Shown here piece after piece: positions 26,634-34,999 of a stretch of DNA of 38,573 nt (within the stretch, counting starts at the first letter, position 1; every line of letters starts with the position of its first letter). The notes under the pieces are model-generated. The model was not told where the DNA came from. It searched no databases and saw only the letters and a program-made list of their open reading frames with translations. The position numbers and the translations under genes are program-made. The stretch is from Flavobacteriales bacterium UBA6969 (GTDB lineage: Bacteria; Bacteroidota; Bacteroidia; Flavobacteriales_D; Sanyastnellaceae). The DNA is taken from contig DJYV01000024.1 of the NCBI GenBank assembly GCA_002448555.1, positions 2,496 to 41,068 of the forward strand, given 5' to 3'.

Positions 26634-28655
26634 ATGAAGTTCGACCTCAAAAGTGAATACCAGCCGGCCGGCGATCAGCCCCAGGCCATCGCAGAATTGG
26701 TGGAGGGGGTCAACAACGGAACCCAAGCGCAAACCCTCCTCGGGGTCACGGGGTCCGGCAAGACCTTCACGATGGCCAACGTCATCGCAGAGACCGGACG
26801 GCCCACCTTGGTCCTGAGCCACAACAAGACCCTCGCCGCTCAGCTTTACAGCGAGTTCAAGGAGTTCTTCCCCAACAACCTCGTGGAGTACTTCGTCAGC
26901 TACTACGACTACTATCAGCCCGAGGCGTACATCCCCACGACCAACACCTACATCGAGAAAGACCTCGCCATCAACGAGGAAATCGAAAAGCTCCGACTGA
27001 GCACCACCTCGGCTCTGCTCAGCGGCCGACGCGACGTTATCGTCGTGGCCTCCATCAGCTGCATCTATGGCATCGGCAACCCAGTGGAATTTCACAAGAG
27101 CGTGATTCCGTTGAAGGTGGGACAGAAATGGGGCCGCAACGCCTTCCTCCACACACTAGTGAGCGGGCTGTACAGCCGCACGCGTGCGGAGTTCAAGCGC
27201 GGAACCTTCCGGGTCCAAGGCGATACCGTTGACATTTTCCTCGCCTACGCCGACCATGCGTTGCGTGTGCATTTTTGGGGCGATGAGATTGAGCAATTGG
27301 AAACCATTGATCCGGAATCGGGGTCGCGGCTGCACGGGTTTGACGACATCATCATTTACCCAGCTAACCTGTTTGTCTCCAGCAAATCCACCACCGATCA
27401 AGCCGTGTGGGAAATCCAGCAGGACCTCGAAAAGCAAAAGGAATTCTTCACCGAACAAGCCAAATACCTCGAAGCCAAGCGCCTCGAGGAACGCACGCTG
27501 TACGACCTGGAGATGATCAAGGAAATCGGCTTCTGCAACGGCATCGAGAATTACAGCCGCTACTTCGACAGGCGACAGCCCGGTGAACGCCCGTTCTGTC
27601 TGCTCGACTACTTCGCCGATGACTTCTTGCTCGTCGTTGATGAGAGCCACGTGACGGTGCCGCAAATCGGTGCGATGTTCGGCGGGGACCGTTCGCGCAA
27701 GACCTCGTTGGTGGAATACGGATTTCGCTTGCCATCTGCCTTGGACAACCGCCCACTGAAGGCGAATGAATTCGACACCATCACCAACCAAGTCGTCTAC
27801 GTCTCCGCCACGCCGGCGGATTACGAACTGGAGCAGTCCGAGGGCATCATTGTCGAACAGGTCATCCGCCCCACCGGCTTGCTCGACCCACCGATTGATG
27901 TGCGGCCCTGCACCCACCAGGTCGACGACCTGATCGGCGAGATACGCACCACCATCGAGCAAGGCGACCGCGTGTTGGTCACCACCCTGACCAAGCGCAT
28001 GGCCGAAGAGCTCACCAAGTACCTCGACCGACTCAACATCCCCGCTCGGTACATCCACTCTGATGTGAAGACATTGGACCGCGTCGAAATCATCCGCGAA
28101 CTGCGGGACGGCGTGTTTGATGTGCTGGTCGGAGTGAATCTATTGCGGGAGGGCTTGGATATCCCCGAAGTTTCGTTGGTCGCCATCATGGACGCCGACA
28201 AAGAAGGCTTCCTGCGCTCCGACCGTTCCCTGACCCAAACAGCGGGACGAGCTGCGCGGAATGTCAACGGCCGCGTCATTATGTACGCCGACTCCATTAC
28301 GGAATCCATGGCGCGCACCATCGACGAGACGCAGCGGCGGCGCAAAAAGCAAGAAGCTTTCAATGCGGAGCACGGGATTGAACCGCAGCAAATCCGCAAG
28401 CAGAAGAAGACCATCTTCGAGCAGAGCCCGCAAGTGGATGACCGCCCACGGCACATTGCAGCCGAACCCGCACCGGCACCAACCGATCCGGTGTGGGAGA
28501 CCATGACCGACGAGGCCCTCGAAAAGTCCACCTTGCACACCAAGCAGCGCATGGAGGCAGCGGCAAAAGAATTGGACTTCATGGAAGCAGCACGCCTCCG
28601 AGATGAGTACTTTGCCTTGAAGGAAATCATGGATAAGCGAAAAGCCGCGCAATGA
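26634..28655 (+). CDS. uvrB: Excinuclease ABC subunit B
   Basis: The N-terminus is MKFDLKSEYQPAGDQPQAI and the Walker A motif is GVTGSGKTF. DESH (VVDESHVT), helicase motifs and a C-terminal UVR domain (MEAAAKELDFMEAARLRDE) are present. I prefer the ATG at 26634 over the TTG at 26625. Confidence 0.93.
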   Translation: MKFDLKSEYQPAGDQPQAIAELVEGVNNGTQAQTLLGVTGSGKTFTMANVIAETGRPTLVLSHNKTLAAQLYSEFKEFFPNNLVEYFVSYYDYYQPEAYIPTTNTYIEKDLAINEEIEKLRLSTTSALLSGRRDVIVVASISCIYGIGNPVEFHKSVIPLKVGQKWGRNAFLHTLVSGLYSRTRAEFKRGTFRVQGDTVDIFLAYADHALRVHFWGDEIEQLETIDPESGSRLHGFDDIIIYPANLFVSSKSTTDQAVWEIQQDLEKQKEFFTEQAKYLEAKRLEERTLYDLEMIKEIGFCNGIENYSRYFDRRQPGERPFCLLDYFADDFLLVVDESHVTVPQIGAMFGGDRSRKTSLVEYGFRLPSALDNRPLKANEFDTITNQVVYVSATPADYELEQSEGIIVEQVIRPTGLLDPPIDVRPCTHQVDDLIGEIRTTIEQGDRVLVTTLTKRMAEELTKYLDRLNIPARYIHSDVKTLDRVEIIRELRDGVFDVLVGVNLLREGLDIPEVSLVAIMDADKEGFLRSDRSLTQTAGRAARNVNGRVIMYADSITESMARTIDETQRRRKKQEAFNAEHGIEPQQIRKQKKTIFEQSPQVDDRPRHIAAEPAPAPTDPVWETMTDEALEKSTLHTKQRMEAAAKELDFMEAARLRDEYFALKEIMDKRKAAQ

Positions 28656-29170
28656 CACCGAACCGACTCACCCCTGATACCTTTCGCGACGCACCTAAAA
28701 CGCAGGTGCGCGTCGTGCTGGAGAACATCCGTTCGGGCTTGAATGTGGGGGCGTTCTTTCGCACCGGGGACTCCTTCCGCATTGACGGCATCGACTTGTG
28801 CGGGTACACCGCGCATCCACCGCAACGCGACATCCTCAAAAGCGCGCTCGGCTCCACTGAACACGTCGCGTGGACGGCGCACGAAAACGCATTGGATGCC
28901 ATCGCCGGGCTGCGGGAGCAAGGATTTGCCATCGCTGCCATTGAGCAGACCGTGAACAGCACCTCCCTCCAAGATTGGCACCCCGAACCCGGCAGCAAAT
29001 GGGCCTTCATTTTTGGCAATGAAGTGCGCGGGGTTGAGGCCGACACGGTGGACGCCTGCGATGTGGCGTTAGAAATACCGCAATTCGGCGTCAAGCAGAG
29101 CCTGAACGTGAGCGTTTGCGGCGGCATCGTGTTGTGGGACGCCGCTCAGAAAATCGGTCTGCCCACGTAA
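28652..29170 (+). CDS. SpoU/TrmH-family RNA 2'-O-methyltransferase
   Basis: SPOUT motifs are present: VVLENIRSGLNVGAFFRT, FIFGNEVRGV and IPQFGVKQSLNVSVCGGIVLW. The ATG overlaps the uvrB stop in an ATGA at 28652..28655. Confidence 0.82.
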   Translation: MTPNRLTPDTFRDAPKTQVRVVLENIRSGLNVGAFFRTGDSFRIDGIDLCGYTAHPPQRDILKSALGSTEHVAWTAHENALDAIAGLREQGFAIAAIEQTVNSTSLQDWHPEPGSKWAFIFGNEVRGVEADTVDACDVALEIPQFGVKQSLNVSVCGGIVLWDAAQKIGLPT

Positions 29171-30496
29171 TCAATCGGCGAGGCTGCCGGTTACCGGCAT
29201 GCCCAACCACCGTTCCAAGTTTGCTTTTACTTCGTCTTGCTGCTCATCCGTCATGTTGCGGATGCGCGCGGTGCCGTGGCTTTGGTCTTCCAAGAAATAG
29301 TACAATGCGTCCCGTGCTTCGTTGGGCGGCATGGCGGTGGCACTCCAGGTGTCCAACGCGCCGTTGATGTAGATAAAGGCATCCCCGTTGGCCTGCACCC
29401 AGTCGTAAACGTTTTGGGCCAGCTCGCCCCCGTCGTACGGCACCTCCATGCGCTCGGGCGTGAAGATGGCTGATGGGTGTGGTGACATGGGCAACGCCCT
29501 CAGCAGACCTTCTAAGGCTTCCGTTTCATAGCTATAGTATCCGTACTCCACCGCACATTGGTAGTAATGCGAGGCGTAGTCTTCCATGCCATCGTCCGAG
29601 AAGAAGGACAGTCCGCTCACGTCGAGAAAATGATCCAAGACTTCATCAAGCGGGCCGTCCGCATCTGGAATGGCATCGCAATCCGCCCCCCATTGCCAAA
29701 ACGAGAACGGATACTCCAACACCGCATACTCAAACGCCTCCTCGACGGATAAGTAGTTGAACCGCAATTCTTGCCCCTTGGCGTGCCAACGCAAGCGCAA
29801 CAGGCTCTCATCGTAATCGGTCAAGATGCGCCGTTGGATGGCTTCAATGTTCTTTCGGCATTTGCGCGAGCCCACGCTGTTGAGGAAGGCGTAGATCCGT
29901 TCGTCCTCCAGCGCCAAGTTCACGGGCGCCACGTACGGCACGCTCGCTGCGACATCTTCCGGGAAAAAGTACCGGTAGAAAATGGTCGTCTGTCCTCCTT
30001 TGCTGATGCCGGAAGCCACCCAAGGTCCTGTGAAATATTCACCGAGCACTGTGCGGATGCGGTGCAAGTCCTGCGCGGCCTGCGTGATGTTCAAGTACGC
30101 ATAGTCCATCGAATCGGGCACGCTTTCTCCGTAATACCGGTGCTCAACGATGACCTGATTGGCTCCAATTGACGTCGCCAGTTCACTCGGGTAATTGATG
30201 CTGCGATCGTACCCTTCTGTCACCAGGACCGTTGGACGGGCGGGATCCATTTCCGTTACGTACACGCGCTGGTAAAAACTCCCTGCCTCCGGATTGGAGT
30301 GGTCCAAGGGCTGTTCGAACTGCAGCGCCCACGCTGTTTCGGAAGGAGCCCACGGGGCGGCCATTGGTTCAAACCGAATGCCGGGCATATCAAACAAAAA
30401 CGCTTCGCAGGAGCGTCCTTCATCTTGCGTCCACGAGGTGAACGGAATGGCGACAACCATCGCAGTAAGCACCATCCATCGAGCCGCTTGAATCAT
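29171..30496 (-). CDS. Secreted serine peptidase, alpha/beta-hydrolase fold (S28/S37-like aminopeptidase)
   Basis: The protein has a signal peptide (MIQAARWMVLTAMVVAIPFTSW) and the nucleophile-elbow-like motif WVASGISKGGQT. Its length (441 aa) and overall pattern resemble Bacteroidota S28-family annotations. The family call rests on memory only. Confidence 0.5.
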   Translation of the reverse strand: MIQAARWMVLTAMVVAIPFTSWTQDEGRSCEAFLFDMPGIRFEPMAAPWAPSETAWALQFEQPLDHSNPEAGSFYQRVYVTEMDPARPTVLVTEGYDRSINYPSELATSIGANQVIVEHRYYGESVPDSMDYAYLNITQAAQDLHRIRTVLGEYFTGPWVASGISKGGQTTIFYRYFFPEDVAASVPYVAPVNLALEDERIYAFLNSVGSRKCRKNIEAIQRRILTDYDESLLRLRWHAKGQELRFNYLSVEEAFEYAVLEYPFSFWQWGADCDAIPDADGPLDEVLDHFLDVSGLSFFSDDGMEDYASHYYQCAVEYGYYSYETEALEGLLRALPMSPHPSAIFTPERMEVPYDGGELAQNVYDWVQANGDAFIYINGALDTWSATAMPPNEARDALYYFLEDQSHGTARIRNMTDEQQDEVKANLERWLGMPVTGSLAD

Positions 30497-30534
30497 GGAG
30501 TCAAGGTACCTTACTCCGACCGGCCCTGCAATAA

Positions 30535-30563
30535 AAAAGCCCCAGCGGTGTGCCGGGGCTTTT
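30535..30563 (-). terminator. Bidirectional-type rho-independent terminator after the TPR lipoprotein gene
   Basis: AAAAGCCCC (30535..30543) pairs with GGGGCTTTT (30555..30563). On the minus-strand RNA the stem is followed by UUUUUUAU. The element starts about 20 nt after the stop at 30584. Confidence 0.65.
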
Positions 30564-30583
30564 CAAATTCGTTTCAGGAGTCC

Positions 30584-32296
30584 TTAGAGACCGATGGCAT
30601 CCCGCATGTCGCGGAATTCCAAATCCTTCTCGGCCTTCTGGCGGAGGTTGGGATCCTTCGCCAATGCCTCGCCCAAGTGTTTTTTCACACCGTCAGAATC
30701 GTTCAAGCGCGCACAGGCAACGGCCATTACGTAGCTCGCAACTGCGCTATCGTCATCGGCGTTTTCCAAGGCTGTCTTCGCTCCGGCAGCATCGCCGTTC
30801 AGCATCTTAGCCAATGCCACATTCACAGAGCTCGTGCGGCCCATGTTCGAAATGGCAGACGCGTAATCGCCCTTTTGGATGAGGATGATTCCCTTATTGT
30901 AGCCCACTTCAGGACCGGCACCCGCCGCCTCATTCAATAACTTCATCGCTCCGTCGATGTCACCGTTTTGGCGCATCAGCGCCGCCACGTTGTTGACGAC
31001 AGCTTTGTTGCGCTCCAACTCGAGCGCTTGCTGGAACACCTCGCCTGCTTGATTCATGCGGCCCATCTGCGCCAAGCACCAACCGGCGTTGTTGTAACCA
31101 CGGAAGTCGTCGGCGTGAACACGCGCGGCACTTTGGTAAATGGTCAACTTGTCGTTGACGTCTGCGAACAAGGTAGCAGCGTAAAGCAGCTCATCAGCGG
31201 TCAATGAATCCGGCATGCTCATGCAGTAATCCATCAACTCCTCGTCGGTGTATCCCTCAACATCGTACGAGACAACTACCTGCGAACGACGCAGCGCAGG
31301 AAGGATTTCCTTCTCAATTGCTTTGTACGTCTTGGCGATGTTTCGAATTTCTTCTTCGCGCTTGTTTTTGTCCGAGTACATTTCGAGCACGCGCAGAATC
31401 AAGTTCTTATCTTCGATGTCAGACGTCTGCATCAAGGACTTGAATCCCTGCCAGTCTTCCCCGTTGGGAACCAAATCGTAGAAGGCCTCATCAGCGGTCA
31501 ACTGCTTACGCTTCATCTCGCGGGTCATGGACGCTGCTGCAGAATTTGCGCGGTCGCTGGCCAAATCCTCATTCAAGGTGATTTCTCCTTCGGGAGATGC
31601 ATAGGCTTCAATGCGTGCTCCAGTAATGGTGACGCTATCGGCGTCTACGGAGAGTTGAACCAACTCCTTCAATGCTTTCCAATCAGCATCGCGCAGCTCA
31701 CCCGAACGCACGGCTGATGAATTGACACTGTAGTTCACCGTCACCTCCTCCGTGTACGTGATGACCCGCTGGAAATCGTCTTCCACGGGAATGAATTGGT
31801 CGTCAGCTTGCACCCATAGCGAAGTGGTGATGACTCCGGCTCCAACAACATAGGGAGCGAATGTGGCGCTCTTGTTGCCCTGCGTTCCTGAGATGACAAC
31901 AGCCAACTCGGCGGCGTCCTCCATGGCTGGATCAAACGGTACCGATGACGAGTAGGAAAAAGACTTGCCCGACTCAAACGGCACGACCGTGAAGTTACCA
32001 GCAGCATCCTCGCCTTGGAAACCCTCGCTTTCGAAGGAAGCACTACCGCCTTCCCAGGTCAGAACCGGGGTGGCTTCCACGCTGACCTTCTTGCCGAAGT
32101 ACTTCGCTGGGAATCGACCCGTAACTTCCAATTCAACTTGGTCGCCACGGAGAATGAGGGGCTCAGGAGAAGCCTCGAGGCCCATGGCTTCGATTTCTTT
32201 TTCCATGCTGCCCAATCCGGCGCAGCCCGCTAAAAACAAAAGAGAAGCAAAGAGGCCTGCAAAGGACCACTTGCTTGGGTTGGTGTAACAGTTCAT
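30584..32296 (-). CDS. TPR-repeat lipoprotein
   Basis: The ATG at 32296 gives MNCYTNPSKWSFAGLFASLLFLAGC, which has a lipobox (LAGC). The C-terminal half contains repeated TPR-like units (YNNAGWCLAQMGRMNQAGEVFQQALEL; GYNKGIILIQKGDYASAISNM; MAVACARLNDSDGVKKHLGEAL). Confidence 0.7.
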   Translation of the reverse strand: MNCYTNPSKWSFAGLFASLLFLAGCAGLGSMEKEIEAMGLEASPEPLILRGDQVELEVTGRFPAKYFGKKVSVEATPVLTWEGGSASFESEGFQGEDAAGNFTVVPFESGKSFSYSSSVPFDPAMEDAAELAVVISGTQGNKSATFAPYVVGAGVITTSLWVQADDQFIPVEDDFQRVITYTEEVTVNYSVNSSAVRSGELRDADWKALKELVQLSVDADSVTITGARIEAYASPEGEITLNEDLASDRANSAAASMTREMKRKQLTADEAFYDLVPNGEDWQGFKSLMQTSDIEDKNLILRVLEMYSDKNKREEEIRNIAKTYKAIEKEILPALRRSQVVVSYDVEGYTDEELMDYCMSMPDSLTADELLYAATLFADVNDKLTIYQSAARVHADDFRGYNNAGWCLAQMGRMNQAGEVFQQALELERNKAVVNNVAALMRQNGDIDGAMKLLNEAAGAGPEVGYNKGIILIQKGDYASAISNMGRTSSVNVALAKMLNGDAAGAKTALENADDDSAVASYVMAVACARLNDSDGVKKHLGEALAKDPNLRQKAEKDLEFRDMRDAIGL

Positions 32297-32325
32297 ACTT
32301 TTATTGTGAATCTTCAAATTCGAGA

Positions 32326-32333
32326 CAAAACTA
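32326..32333 (-). promoter_or_regulatory. Candidate -7 box (TAGTTTTG) upstream of the TPR lipoprotein gene
   Basis: An exact TAnnTTTG match ends 29 nt upstream of ATG 32296, in the 55-nt accA-TPR spacer. I saw no -33 TTTG at the expected spacing. Confidence 0.3.
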
Positions 32334-32351
32334 CGGAATCTCCGCACATCC

Positions 32352-33305
32352 TCAGCTATTTACAACGCCCATGGAGGCAAACTTTCGGATGCGCTGGTCA
32401 ATTCGCTTATCGGCGTCCATCGGCACCAGCTTGTTGAGGTGCTTTTTGATTTCCTTTTTGACCTGTGCAAACATGGCGTCACGGTCGGCATGCGCGCCGC
32501 CAAGCGGCTCGGGAATGATGCCGTCTACGAGGCCCAATTTCTGCATGTCGGTACCGGTCAGTTTCAATGCTTCTGCCGCTTCCATCTTGTGGTCCCAGTT
32601 GCGCCAGAGGATGGACGAACAGGACTCAGGACTGATGACGGAGTACCACGTGTTCTCCAGCATCAACACGCGGTCACCGATGCCGATGCCCAAGGCACCT
32701 CCGGAAGCCCCTTCGCCGATGACAATGCAGATGACTGGTACGCGCAATTGGCACATTTCAATCAAGTTGCGGGCAATAGCCTCGCCCTGTCCGCGCTCCT
32801 CAGCCTCCAACCCGGGAAAGGCCCCCGGGGTGTCGATCAAGGTCACGATGGGGCGGTTGAATTTCTCCGCCAATTTCATGAGGCGCAGGGCCTTGCGGTA
32901 GCCTTCGGGGTTGGCCATGCCGAAGTTTCGGTACTGGCGCATCTTCGTGTTGACGCCTTTTTGCTGGCCGATGAACATGACGCTCTGGTCGTCAATGAAT
33001 CCAAATCCACCCACCATCGCCTTGTCGTCCTTCACCGTTCGGTCGCCGTGGAGCTCCATGAAGTTGCCTTCGGTAAGCGCTTCGATGTAGTTCAAGGTAT
33101 ACGGACGATCCGGGTGACGGCTGACTTGAACGCGCTGCCACGGCGTCAAGTTCGAATACACCTGCTCGGTGACTTCGCGGATTTTGCTTTCTAAATCTTG
33201 CGCGAGCGACTCCATGTCAACGTCGCTCTGTTCCTGCAAGTCGCGTGCCTGTGTGAGCTGTTCACGCAGCTGACGAATCGGCTCTTCAAATTCCAAGTAA
33301 TTCAT
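32352..33305 (-). CDS. accA: Acetyl-CoA carboxylase carboxyltransferase subunit alpha
   Basis: The product is [17 protein letters not shown]...[13 protein letters not shown]...[26 protein letters not shown]...[13 protein letters not shown] chose the ATG at 33305. Confidence 0.92.
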   Translation of the reverse strand: MNYLEFEEPIRQLREQLTQARDLQEQSDVDMESLAQDLESKIREVTEQVYSNLTPWQRVQVSRHPDRPYTLNYIEALTEGNFMELHGDRTVKDDKAMVGGFGFIDDQSVMFIGQQKGVNTKMRQYRNFGMANPEGYRKALRLMKLAEKFNRPIVTLIDTPGAFPGLEAEERGQGEAIARNLIEMCQLRVPVICIVIGEGASGGALGIGIGDRVLMLENTWYSVISPESCSSILWRNWDHKMEAAEALKLTGTDMQKLGLVDGIIPEPLGGAHADRDAMFAQVKKEIKKHLNKLVPMDADKRIDQRIRKFASMGVVNS

Positions 33306-33365
33306 GCATGGAAGGTTTTGCAAGATCAAAGATGCAACAACTTTCTAAGCCGAAAGCATCCGGAA

Positions 33366-33965
33366 TCATTGGCTTGCTAACAAGGTCTCCACCATATTTC
33401 GGACGGCAATTCCGCGGTGGCTGATGGCGTTTTTTTCGGCGGGACTCATTTCGGCAAACGTGCGGTTTTCTCCTTCCGGAATGAATACCGGGTCGTAGCC
33501 AAATCCATCGGCCCCGCTCCGCTTCTGCGCGATGCGCCCCTTGCATGTACCCTCGACTCGCTCCTCAACTCCGCCGCGCACGAGGCAAATCGACGTTCGG
33601 AATTGCGCTACACGGTGCTCGGTACCGTCGAGTTCCTCCAACAGCTTGGCCATATTTTGATCAGCATCGGCGTTTTCCCCAGCATATCGCGCGGTGCGCA
33701 CTCCGGGGCGGCCGTTCAACGCCTCTACCTCGAGGCCGGTATCGTCGGCAAAACAATCCAATCCATAGTTCTCCACCACGTGCATGGCTTTGATGCGCGC
33801 ATTGCCTTCGAGCGTCTCCGCCGTTTCGGGAATGGCTTCGTGGCACCCGATGTCGGTGAGGGTCTTGATGGCATACGCGTCCCCCAGCATTTGCTGCACC
33901 TCGCTGGCCTTGTTGGGGTTGTGCGTGGCAAACACCAGCACGGGTTTTTCTGCGGAATTGTTCAT
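33366..33965 (-). CDS. rdgB: Non-canonical purine NTP pyrophosphatase (RdgB/HAM1 family)
   Basis: The product is MNNSAEKPVLVFATHNPNKASEVQQML...FADDTGLEVEALNGRPGVRTARY...GFGYDPVFIPEG...KNAISHRG. The ATG at 33965 forms an ATGA overlap with the menE stop. The longer track ORF is an unsupported extension. Confidence 0.88.
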   Translation of the reverse strand: MNNSAEKPVLVFATHNPNKASEVQQMLGDAYAIKTLTDIGCHEAIPETAETLEGNARIKAMHVVENYGLDCFADDTGLEVEALNGRPGVRTARYAGENADADQNMAKLLEELDGTEHRVAQFRTSICLVRGGVEERVEGTCKGRIAQKRSGADGFGYDPVFIPEGENRTFAEMSPAEKNAISHRGIAVRNMVETLLASQ

Positions 33966-34999
33966 GTTCTTGGTCGTTTCCATTTGCCGCTCGCGGTGGT
34001 TTCGAGGGGCATCCATTCGATGCGCTTCGGGGCGCGGTGTGGCGGTAAGTTCGTCTGCGCCCACGCAGTGATGCGTTCGCGTTCCGCGCTGGCATTGGCG
34101 GGTTCGCATGCCGCGTGAATACGCAGCACCAGGACTTGCCCCCACTTCGGGTGGGGCTCGCCGTAACACTTGAAGGGCCCGTCGATGGTGGAGGCCAGGT
34201 CGCGCTCAACAGCTGTAGGATGGATTTTGATGCCCCCGGAATTGATCACGTCGTCCATTCGACCAAGCCAACGAAACGAATCCGCGCTCTGCACTTCGGC
34301 CGCGTCGTTCGTCTGAAGTGTTCGACCGTCCGGACCTTCAATGCGCAGGGCGTTCCGATCATCGGTTGAGACGGTAAATCCAGGAAGGCATTGAAAGGTA
34401 TCTACGTGCTTTGGATGCAGTTGGCGCACTGCAAAATGACTGATCGTTTCCGTCATGCCGAACCCCTCATAGACCACCGGACCTCCTTGAGCTCCTTTGA
34501 GCCAAGCTACCGGGGCTTGACCACCTCCAACGAGCAGCTGTTTGCAGCTGGCCCATTCGTCCGGATACGCCTGCTGCCACGCCTGCGCTTGTGCTGGGGT
34601 CAGCGCTGCGAAGTCCAGGTCGGCGCCCAACTGCGGGGTCACTTGGGGCTGCACTGCGGTGAGGTTCCATCCGCCCACATCTGCGCGCACCACCATCATC
34701 ATGCCTCCGACGAATTGAACGGGCATTGCCAATCCCGCCTGCGTGCCGGGTGTCAATCCGAAGTGAGCGATGGTGCGGCGGGCGCTTTCGACCATGTCCG
34801 ACTTGGCATGCGCTAGCGGTTGGGGTTGGCCAGTTGAACCCGAGGTGTGGACACCGATGGTCACTTCTTCCCCCCACCAACGCTCCAGAAAATCCACTAT
34901 GGCTCCTTGCCACGGCGCCTGCACGGCGTCACGCATAGAACCCAGGGAGGCAGGCTGCATGGGCCAGGTTCGGCCGGCAAATGTCAAGGATCCATTCAT
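33962..34999 (-). CDS. menE: O-succinylbenzoate--CoA ligase-like adenylate-forming enzyme (short form, 345 aa)
   Basis: AMP-binding motifs are present: HTSGSTGQP, YEGFGMTET and INSGGIKIHPTAVE. It sits directly downstream of menC in a men cluster. The ATG at 34999 forms an ATGA overlap with the menC stop. Confidence 0.75.
   Translation of the reverse strand: MNGSLTFAGRTWPMQPASLGSMRDAVQAPWQGAIVDFLERWWGEEVTIGVHTSGSTGQPQPLAHAKSDMVESARRTIAHFGLTPGTQAGLAMPVQFVGGMMMVVRADVGGWNLTAVQPQVTPQLGADLDFAALTPAQAQAWQQAYPDEWASCKQLLVGGGQAPVAWLKGAQGGPVVYEGFGMTETISHFAVRQLHPKHVDTFQCLPGFTVSTDDRNALRIEGPDGRTLQTNDAAEVQSADSFRWLGRMDDVINSGGIKIHPTAVERDLASTIDGPFKCYGEPHPKWGQVLVLRIHAACEPANASAERERITAWAQTNLPPHRAPKRIEWMPLETTASGKWKRPRT

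Noticed and set aside
33966-34169. A 68-codon N-terminal extension of the rdgB ORF. Similar extensions occur for the ACAD (3528..3593), rpsU (2315..2362), GNAT (20158..20406), T9SS cargo (18415..18468) and accA (33306..33329) ORFs.
   Set aside because: The extensions overlap upstream genes or promoter boxes. They are Arg/Pro-rich and lack homology. Canonical N-termini, signal peptides or ATGA coupling sites occur at the internal ATGs.
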